A stretch of 64,000 nt of DNA from Spirochaetia bacterium. GTDB taxonomy: Bacteria > Spirochaetota > Spirochaetia > WTKD01 > G963693115. The stretch's first letter is position 1; each line of letters starts with the position of its first letter. The notes beneath the pieces were generated by a model that had not been told where the DNA came from, did not search any database, and saw only the letters and a program-made list of their open reading frames with translations. Positions 8,965-16,498 of the stretch are shown piece by piece. A program made the translations under genes and the position numbers. The stretch lies in NCBI GenBank assembly GCA_963693115.1, contig OY843750.1:252680-316679 (forward strand). The letters run 5' to 3'.

Positions 8965-9657
8965 TTATTTTCTCCAATGATCTACAATGATACCATCTTT
9001 TATCGAATACACATTTTCCACAAATTCGGCAATCATGTTGTCATGCGATGCAAAAAGCAGACTCGTTCCTCTTTTTTCTTGTAAATCCCTGAGCAAGGTA
9101 AGAATTTTTTCTCCGGTTTTGCTGTCTAAGTTGGCAGTGGGCTCATCCGCAATGATGAGTTTTGGCTCTATTACCAACGCACGTGCTATGGCTACTCGTT
9201 GACGCTGACCACCCGAAAGCTCATTAGGCTTATGTCGTGCATGGCTCAGTATTCCCGTGGATTCGAGGGCTGCGTGTACTCTTTTTTGTATTTCCTTTTT
9301 TTTAAACTTACTAATGGTAAGCGGGTACGCTACATTTTCAAATACATTGAGCACTGGGATAAGGTTAAAATTCTGAAAAATAAATCCTATGGTTCTACTT
9401 CTAAACTCGGTCAGTTGATCCTCCCGCATAGTAGCCACCTGTTGATTATCAACTTCGACGTAGCCTGACGTTGGTGTATCAATGCAACCAATCAAATTTA
9501 AAGTAGTAGTTTTGCCACACCCCGAAGGACCAACGATACTATTTGAACTCCCCTTTGCAATTGTAAGAGTGAGCCCCCTCAGAGCTGGGATAGTGACCTT
9601 ACCTAGCTGATAATTATGAACAACATCCTTCAATTTGATAATGTCCTGTGAGTCCAC
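8965..9657 (-). CDS. ABC transporter ATP-binding protein (MacB/LolD-type)
   Basis: Walker A GPSGCGKTT, signature LSGGQRQRVAIARAL, Walker B IIADEPTANLD, H-loop ASHD. Confidence 0.9.
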   Translation of the reverse strand: MDSQDIIKLKDVVHNYQLGKVTIPALRGLTLTIAKGSSNSIVGPSGCGKTTTLNLIGCIDTPTSGYVEVDNQQVATMREDQLTEFRSRTIGFIFQNFNLIPVLNVFENVAYPLTISKFKKKEIQKRVHAALESTGILSHARHKPNELSGGQRQRVAIARALVIEPKLIIADEPTANLDSKTGEKILTLLRDLQEKRGTSLLFASHDNMIAEFVENVYSIKDGIIVDHWRK

Positions 9658-9658
9658 G

Positions 9659-10459
9659 CTATAGTTTCTTTTCTTTTCTGTACTGAGTGATAATCAGACG
9701 CAAATCGGCATTGCTCACAAATGTCTCTGCCTGATCTAGATTTTTTCGAGCAAGGTCTGTTTTTTTACTCGTCAAATAAAACTGGGCAAAGCTAAGATAG
9801 ACATTTGCAATGAGGTTATTATAGTCCTGCTTATTATCCAAACGGTTGAGATCTTTGATGGCATCCTTGAGATTATCTTCACCTTCACGCGAGACTTTTA
9901 CAAAACGTGGTACATTACTCAACGAGGTGCCCCGTAAAAACAAAATAAAACCCGACAATAAATAGTCTTTTGAACCATCTTCAGTCTTCCGGTTTTGAGC
10001 CTCGACAAGGGCCTCATCCATATACTCTAAGCCTTTTTCTAAGTACTCTGTTTTCTTTCCTACTTTTCGTAAGGGCAATGCTCCTCCCCATAGTGCAAGA
10101 GAACTCCCCATGTAAGCCTTGATAAAAGGGTGCTTAAACTGATCCCCGCTTTTATACATAGACTCCCAGTACAGGTAATTTTTTTCTGCTTTATCCTTAT
10201 CAAAGGTAAAAAGTGCATCACGAAAGTACAATAGACCCAACTGAACCTGCTCTTCTTGGCTTGCAGGAGAACCACGCCCACTGATTTCCTTGAGCACCGT
10301 TTCATGACTCATAATATTTTCAGGAAGCATAATTAAATCTTGCGTAGCAAATATAGTTTGAGCATGAGCCCGAGTAAATCCATCACCTTGTCCTGTACGG
10401 TGAGCAAAAAATAACATGCACAGTAGCACGTAGATTAATATATGTCTGTTCTTTTTCAT
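9659..10459 (-). CDS. hypothetical exported all-helical (TPR-like) protein
   Basis: 266 aa. Signal peptide MKKNRHILIYVLLCMLFFAHRTGQG...AHA-Q. Its stop lies 1 nt from the ATPase start. No recognisable enzymatic motif. Confidence 0.6.
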   Translation of the reverse strand: MKKNRHILIYVLLCMLFFAHRTGQGDGFTRAHAQTIFATQDLIMLPENIMSHETVLKEISGRGSPASQEEQVQLGLLYFRDALFTFDKDKAEKNYLYWESMYKSGDQFKHPFIKAYMGSSLALWGGALPLRKVGKKTEYLEKGLEYMDEALVEAQNRKTEDGSKDYLLSGFILFLRGTSLSNVPRFVKVSREGEDNLKDAIKDLNRLDNKQDYNNLIANVYLSFAQFYLTSKKTDLARKNLDQAETFVSNADLRLIITQYRKEKKL

Positions 10460-10629
10460 AATAGCTCCTTTATCGCTAAGTATTAAATGTCTTAAATATA
10501 TGTTATTACTATTCTAAATTTTCTATTGCTAACATTGTATCACGATACTCTAATATATACCATATAAATTTGGCACAGAGTTTCAACGTATATCCACTAC
10601 TGTACCACATGTCGTGTCGCCTTCTGTCA

Positions 10630-10660
10630 TCACTAACCTAGTACGTCACTAACCTAGTAC
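10630..10660. repeat. direct repeat tcactaacctagtac x2 (16-bp period)
   Basis: Read directly. It lies in the 207-bp gap between the Omp85-like gene and the ABC cluster. Confidence 0.8.
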
Positions 10661-10666
10661 AACAAT

Positions 10667-12229
10667 CTACCAAAACACCTCGTTAAAACGAATGTCAATA
10701 AAATACCCCGTACTTATCGCCTCTTGTAAAGAGTGTTGAACAAAGCCTACCCCAATTTTTACACGGATATTCACGGGATTCGCTATATCGACATACAGAC
10801 CAGGTCCAAAACCCAACATAAAGATATCCTGCATGCCCGTCTCTCCATAGCCTTTGGGCGTATTCTGTAAAAATGCTATATCAGAATAAAACAAGGCTCC
10901 CAATACAAGCATATTACCAATAGGCCAGGCTCCATAATATTCTAACCCTGTAACAAATGCATCGACACCCCTACTTGGACGATTACCGTCAATGACACGC
11001 ACATACAACATACTACGCATATGTTCTTCGGCATAGTATACGTGCTCAAGGTTTGTTGCAAGCCCATCGGGTAAGTCGCTATTACCATTTAATGCAAGTT
11101 GACCAGCAATCCTTGCATGAATTGCATGATCATAGAGCGCCCTAAACCCTACCTGTCCCTCAAGATCAAAAGCGAGCCAGTACAGCGTATTCGTAACATC
11201 ATTAGTCTCGTTTTCATTTAAATCGCTTAGGTCGCTCACACTCACTTTTGTATGCAAGCCATAGCGTACATAGGATCGAAATACATCGGTACCAGAAAAG
11301 TTATTCTCTCCCAATAATGACACTCTTGAAAGACTACTCCACTTTGCAAGTTCTTCGTATTCACTTCTGTTAGAATTCAACTGTAGTCGTTGTGACACCA
11401 TAAGTTTGTACGCAGGACTTATTACAAATCCCCCATAACCATCAACGGAGCCCTGTGCATAGTGCAGGAACTCGTCAACAGAGTTTCTTAAGGTTGGAAC
11501 CACCCACAAAAATTCGCCTGTAATACCAAACTCAAAGCGCCACAATGGCTGTAACTCAATACCAAGAGGGATAAAATTACCATGATAAAAACTCCCCACT
11601 CGAGTTGCTCCCACATGAACACCCGTGGTTGCACCATTACGAAGCAAAAAGTACATGGAGGCATATGCGTTTCCTCCATTCCAGCCATAAGGAAAAGCTA
11701 CATCAGAAAATATACGTACTATCACGTCTTGTGTAGTAGCATCCTCAGCTATGATCTCATACTCGACAAATATACTTTTACTATCAAGATGACCGACATT
11801 CTTGAGAGCTCGCTCAGTAATTTTGATTCTCCGCAATAATACATCCACAGATATTTCTTGTTTTTCTCGTAGGGGAGAATACGTAAGAATCTCTTTTCTA
11901 TGCATGTATCCATTATCTTCAATACGCTCTTCTTGCACCACATTATCTACGTACACTATTATCTCACGTATTATAACTGTTTTTTCTACTGAGAGCACAT
12001 TGGACGATGCCTCACTAGCATCATTCGCTAGGGAACCATCAATAATAACAAGATCACCGGTATTCCCTGAATCAGGCGATTGTGCAAAAGATCGAAATGG
12101 AGATATAGCTACAAAAAGAATCGACGTTACAAGCATACCCACATACGCCATCACGAAGCATGCTAGTTTTATACGTATCCTGTTTTCTGTACTTATTCTT
12201 GTGCTTATTTTTTGGAGATTTTTTGTCAT
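10667..12229 (-). CDS. putative outer-membrane beta-barrel protein, Omp85/TamA-like with one POTRA-like domain
   Basis: 520 aa. N-terminal signal/anchor ending AQS. A ~90-aa beta-alpha-alpha-beta-beta-like segment (KTVIIREIIVYVDN...DVIVRI). Then a long alternating-hydrophobicity region rich in G/Y/F, ending in the aromatic terminus FNEVFW. Confidence 0.55.
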   Translation of the reverse strand: MTKNLQKISTRISTENRIRIKLACFVMAYVGMLVTSILFVAISPFRSFAQSPDSGNTGDLVIIDGSLANDASEASSNVLSVEKTVIIREIIVYVDNVVQEERIEDNGYMHRKEILTYSPLREKQEISVDVLLRRIKITERALKNVGHLDSKSIFVEYEIIAEDATTQDVIVRIFSDVAFPYGWNGGNAYASMYFLLRNGATTGVHVGATRVGSFYHGNFIPLGIELQPLWRFEFGITGEFLWVVPTLRNSVDEFLHYAQGSVDGYGGFVISPAYKLMVSQRLQLNSNRSEYEELAKWSSLSRVSLLGENNFSGTDVFRSYVRYGLHTKVSVSDLSDLNENETNDVTNTLYWLAFDLEGQVGFRALYDHAIHARIAGQLALNGNSDLPDGLATNLEHVYYAEEHMRSMLYVRVIDGNRPSRGVDAFVTGLEYYGAWPIGNMLVLGALFYSDIAFLQNTPKGYGETGMQDIFMLGFGPGLYVDIANPVNIRVKIGVGFVQHSLQEAISTGYFIDIRFNEVFW

Positions 12230-12416
12230 TGTCTTTGGACCATTCTTAAGGCTACTTGCAGTATGTCATTGTATACCATGATAATATTCTAAAAGCAGAA
12301 TAGACCTTTTTATTATAGTCACTTAATACTTACTTTGTAACTTTGTAAAAAATATTGTTTAATCTTTTTTCCTTATATTTTACTATGCTTATTTACATGC
12401 ACTCAAACACCCCATT

Positions 12417-12481
12417 CATTACTTGAGGCTTTCCTTGAGGCTTTCCTTGAGGCATTACTTGAGGCATTACTTGAGTACTTT
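12417..12481. repeat. 12-bp tandem repeat (cttgaggctttc / cttgaggcatta), 5 copies
   Basis: Read directly in the divergent intergenic region between the Omp85-like gene and recQ. Confidence 0.85.
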
Positions 12482-12566
12482 GCTCCTTCTATACGACCAT
12501 CACTCTGCATATTATCAACACAACATATTGCAGAATTGAAGAAATCATTACATTGCATAAGTATAT

Positions 12567-14240
12567 ATGAATATGATTATGCATGAAACAATACACACCA
12601 TAGCAAAACGCTATTTTTCTGTTTCATCGTTGTTACCAGTGCAAGTACTCATTATTACTACAATCCTGGAGTCATTGCATGGCTCCAAAAACATAAACCA
12701 ACTCCATGGTAGCACCGAAGAACCAAAAGAAGCATCAAAAAAGGTACTAAATAAAAACATAAAGCAAGACACAGAAGACATCATTCATCGCAACATATGT
12801 GTTTTGTTACCAACAGGCACGGGAAAAAGCATTTGTTTTCAACTTCCCGCAATTATATTTCCTTCGGTACATATTTTTATTTACCCACTTACGAGCCTCG
12901 TACAAGACCAGTATCGCCGTATGAGTAACTTTCCTATCCCCGTATACTTATTGCAGGGTGGAATGAGCCCACAAGAACGCACGACACTCTTTACAAATAT
13001 CTCAAAAGAACAACATGCCATAATAGTAAGCACTCCAGAAGCCCTCCATGCACATTGTGCACGACTTGCAGCTATTTCCATTGGATTATTTGTCGTTGAT
13101 GAAGCCCACTGCGTAAGCAAATGGGGCACGACATTTAGACCAAGTTATCTTGCTTTACAAAACGTACGAAAAACACTTAGCCCAAAGACCACCTTCTGCT
13201 GTACCGCAACTGCGACTCATACCATCGTAAAAGATATTGCATCGTATATTTTCTCTAATCAGACGTATTATGGCTATTTTGGAAATCCCGATAAAAAAAA
13301 TATCGTATACCGCGTACTACACACACTTGATACGGATACCTGTCTCATTACCATGCTCAAGGAACATTCAAAGACCTATACAGAGTATCCTTCTAAATCG
13401 CTGTCTGATCTCTTATACCCTAGACTAGCCTATCCCATCTTAGTATTTGCACGTACTCGAAAAAGTTGTTACAAACTTGCTCATTTACTACGACTAGTAC
13501 TAAGGAGGGACGATATATATTATTATCATGCTGGTATGAGTCGTGACGAACGAATCAGCATAGAAAAATGGTTTTTTACAAGCAAGCATGGCATTCTTGT
13601 GTCGACCAGTGCTTATGGTATGGGAATAGATAAAAAAGATATACGAACAGTTATTCACTACGGCGGTTATACCGATGAAACTGACTATCTCCAAGAAACT
13701 GGACGTGCAGGAAGAGACGGCAAAACATCACAGGCACTTCTGCTCAATCAAATCGATATAGAAGATCTTAAGATAGACACAAAAGAATTACATAGCACCT
13801 CAAAACACTATGCGCATTTTTTAGAATGTAGACGATCGTACTTACTACGAGAACTCCTTGGTAGCCAAAAAGAGGAAAAAAATAGTAGTGAGCACAAAAT
13901 ACAAAAAAATGAAGTACAAAAAAACAATGTACAATGTAATGCCTGCGACAACTGTATGCAAGCACTGACTCAAAAAACACTCTGTTCTTATACGTCTCTT
14001 GTAACTAGACTACTCCGCTGTTTTCCCAGAACTTTGACCATACGAGAGATAGTACAATCACTCCTCACTCTATGCAATATCAAAAAGGACGAGTACCTAG
14101 GTCAATTTTTCTTTGACCTACTACAGAAACGCTATACGCAACTAGTAAATAGTGGAGTTCTGCGTCAGGGTACATTGCTGTGGAAACATAAAGTATCACT
14201 CTCTAAACAATTCAAAAAATCTTTTATAAAAGTTATTTAA
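12567..14240 (+). CDS. recQ: ATP-dependent DNA helicase, RecQ family
   Basis: Walker A LPTGTGKS, DEAH box VVDEAHCVSKWG, motif VSTSAYGMGIDK, arginine finger QETGRAGRDG, and a C-terminal Cys cluster CNACDNC. Contains two K/N/Q-rich insertions. Confidence 0.85.
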   Translation: MNMIMHETIHTIAKRYFSVSSLLPVQVLIITTILESLHGSKNINQLHGSTEEPKEASKKVLNKNIKQDTEDIIHRNICVLLPTGTGKSICFQLPAIIFPSVHIFIYPLTSLVQDQYRRMSNFPIPVYLLQGGMSPQERTTLFTNISKEQHAIIVSTPEALHAHCARLAAISIGLFVVDEAHCVSKWGTTFRPSYLALQNVRKTLSPKTTFCCTATATHTIVKDIASYIFSNQTYYGYFGNPDKKNIVYRVLHTLDTDTCLITMLKEHSKTYTEYPSKSLSDLLYPRLAYPILVFARTRKSCYKLAHLLRLVLRRDDIYYYHAGMSRDERISIEKWFFTSKHGILVSTSAYGMGIDKKDIRTVIHYGGYTDETDYLQETGRAGRDGKTSQALLLNQIDIEDLKIDTKELHSTSKHYAHFLECRRSYLLRELLGSQKEEKNSSEHKIQKNEVQKNNVQCNACDNCMQALTQKTLCSYTSLVTRLLRCFPRTLTIREIVQSLLTLCNIKKDEYLGQFFFDLLQKRYTQLVNSGVLRQGTLLWKHKVSLSKQFKKSFIKVI

Positions 14241-14345
14241 AGATTAGTAAAGTTTTATAAAATATTAGTAAAGTAATACGATATTAATCCGATACTTATT
14301 ATGCATACTTTTTGTGATATACTAAAATTTATAAAAGGATTTATT

Positions 14346-15002
14346 ATGAGAAAACTATTTATTTTTTCACTGTTGGTTTTTTTCGCTGTGTTTAACTACG
14401 CGCAGACTAGCGCTGGAGTGAACACAAGTAACCCGGTACTTGATGTTATTCAACTCGAAAACTATTGGGCAGAAGACTGGATTGTAATTGCTCAGATTCA
14501 GAATAACCTTTCTGTTACCATTGGTGACGTCCGCGTTGGCCTTGCAGCAAGAAATTCAGACGGAAAACTCGTGTATACTGACTCGACTCACGTACAGTTT
14601 CCCGTATCACCAGGTGGTTCTCAGCCTTTCATGTTTATAGTGCCAAAAGCGCAGGCTGTGGAGATAAGTAGATTTGCTATTGATATCGAAGACTACAAGA
14701 GAGGTCCTTATGGATCGTTTAACTTTGAAGTTATCGAGATGGGCTTTACTGAGAAAAACGAGGAAACTTGGAAGATCTCAGGCTATGTCAGAAATACTGG
14801 TCAAGAATTTCAAGAAAATGTAATGATTGGATTTACCGGATATAACGAAGGTGGTGAGTTAACATATTTTGATACCGTCCCTGCCAACAAATCTGTACTT
14901 CAAGCAGGTGAGCAATCTTTGTTTGAACTCTACATCCCTTTACCCATCGCTACAAGAAAAATATCTCGCTATGGTGCTAATGCATATTCAGACATGCGCT
15001 AA
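14346..15002 (+). CDS. hypothetical secreted protein with two internal ~90-aa repeats (FxLYD-like)
   Basis: Start chosen at MRKLFIFSLLVFFAVFNYAQT (AAGGA 8 nt upstream). The two halves share a pattern ending PFMFIVP / LFELYIP. Confidence 0.6.
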   Translation: MRKLFIFSLLVFFAVFNYAQTSAGVNTSNPVLDVIQLENYWAEDWIVIAQIQNNLSVTIGDVRVGLAARNSDGKLVYTDSTHVQFPVSPGGSQPFMFIVPKAQAVEISRFAIDIEDYKRGPYGSFNFEVIEMGFTEKNEETWKISGYVRNTGQEFQENVMIGFTGYNEGGELTYFDTVPANKSVLQAGEQSLFELYIPLPIATRKISRYGANAYSDMR

Positions 15003-15046
15003 ATAAAAAAATCTATCCAACTTTTTTTAATTTAATGTTAATACAC

Positions 15047-15077
15047 AAAAAGGATACGTACCTACGTATCCTTTTTG
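15047..15077. terminator. bidirectional intrinsic terminator
   Basis: aaaa-aggatacgta-cc-tacgtatcct-ttttt: a perfect 10-bp inverted repeat flanked by an A-run and a T-run, between convergent genes. Confidence 0.75.
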
Positions 15078-15098
15078 TATTAGTAGAGCGAAAAAGCT

Positions 15099-15202
15099 TT
15101 CTTTACTGGCCTTCTTTACTGGCTTTCTTTACTGGCCTTCTTTGCTGGCTTTCTTTACTGGCTTTCTTTACTGGCCTTCTTTGCTGGCCTTCTTTGCTGG
15201 CC
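15099..15202. repeat. 13-bp tandem array, 8 copies (ttctttaCtggcY / ttctttGctggcc)
   Basis: Read directly. The unit length is not a multiple of 3. The array lies between the terminator and the stop of the SRPBCC gene. Confidence 0.9.
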
Positions 15203-15226
15203 TTCCCTTAGCTTTTTTTACGACTC

Positions 15227-16321
15227 TTAGTGCTTTCTTTTCTTAGCAGTTCCCTTAACAGGAAGATATATCTCGGTGACCGGTTCTTGTCCGACACCAT
15301 CTACTGTCTCATCTGTTTTAATATATACTTCGTATGACTCTCGGCTATAATCGGACCGCATACCTACTGCCTTTGGATGAGCCATCAGTACATTCCAAGC
15401 CTCTGGTATAAGTGAATAATTACCACGGAGAACAAGTTTATGGTACGCACCTCCCTTTGTAGTTGCGGTACCAAACTTACCCGAACTATTACTATTGCTA
15501 TGACTGCCTCCTGTCGAACTGCCTATCGAACTACCTGAGGAGCGATCTGCAGAAATCTTATAGCCTGCACGAATCTTCATGGTTTTAGTAAAGATATTGT
15601 AATGTGAATACACCCCCACGCCCTGCCCTACGGCATTTTTTCCAAACTGTTCTTCTAGTGTTTTTCGAATATCAACCGATGCATCAAAATGATTTTTGAT
15701 CGCCTGCGTGTTTGTGACATTCAGTCGAGCTTCTAAATAAGCAAAATCAAAAGGAGACTCAGTGATATCCTCGTCAATAATCATCTTATGCTCGTCCGTG
15801 GGGTAGAGCACCTGTTGTTCTAGGATCTTAAGTCCTAAGGTATAATCTTTTTTCAGCATCTTCTTTAGAATAGGAATAAAAAAACGAGAAGAGAAAGACA
15901 TACTTCCTTTCATTGTCCACGTAACACTTGTCTTACCATTCTTTGCATCGCTAAGACTCATAGACGTTTCGCAAGGGGTACTCTTGGGGTGCGCAAATAA
16001 AAGCTCATGGGTCACTGAGTGTGGAGATTCAAGTCCAATTATTTTCATTGAACCTCCTCCTATTATTTTACTGTCCCAAGAATATGAACTCCCTATTACA
16101 TCGGTTACCTCTGAAAAAACCCATTTTGTATCCTTATCATTAATTGCCCACGGTATCCATGTCAGCCATTTTCTTAAATCGACAATATAGGGAAAGATAG
16201 CTTCCTTACTCGTAGCTATATCATGACTCACTGCAATATCGTACTTACTCGGCATGACAGCATTGATAAGAATAAAGATGCATACTATTGCTAATAATAC
16301 ATAGATAATGATTTGAATCAT
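15227..16321 (-). CDS. membrane-anchored SRPBCC-domain plus GyrI-like (small-molecule-binding) fusion protein
   Basis: N-terminal TM MIQIIIYVLLAIVCIFILINAV, an SRPBCC-like ~140 aa, and a C-terminal GyrI-like half (GAYHKLVLRGNYSLIPEAWNVL...EIYLPV). The C-terminal half is interrupted by an S/G/N low-complexity insert. Confidence 0.6.
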   Translation of the reverse strand: MIQIIIYVLLAIVCIFILINAVMPSKYDIAVSHDIATSKEAIFPYIVDLRKWLTWIPWAINDKDTKWVFSEVTDVIGSSYSWDSKIIGGGSMKIIGLESPHSVTHELLFAHPKSTPCETSMSLSDAKNGKTSVTWTMKGSMSFSSRFFIPILKKMLKKDYTLGLKILEQQVLYPTDEHKMIIDEDITESPFDFAYLEARLNVTNTQAIKNHFDASVDIRKTLEEQFGKNAVGQGVGVYSHYNIFTKTMKIRAGYKISADRSSGSSIGSSTGGSHSNSNSSGKFGTATTKGGAYHKLVLRGNYSLIPEAWNVLMAHPKAVGMRSDYSRESYEVYIKTDETVDGVGQEPVTEIYLPVKGTAKKRKH

Positions 16322-16498
16322 AGTACCTCCTTAGTATAAGACCATGTATTTTTAAGTATACTTGACTGTAATATAGAGGGTTAAATTTGGAAGTTAGAGA
16401 TTGGTGGTTAATCTGATTAATGTTCTCTGATTAACTTTTTCTGTGGAATGCAATAGTCTCGGTGGAATACGATAGTCGATAGTATTGAAAAAATACGC

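Noticed and set aside
15099-15202. Tandem arrays (also 30811-30975, 12417-12481, 56026-56077), considered as CRISPR arrays
   Set aside because: The units are contiguous 12-15-mers with no unique spacers, have no palindromic repeat core, and have no cas genes in the window.
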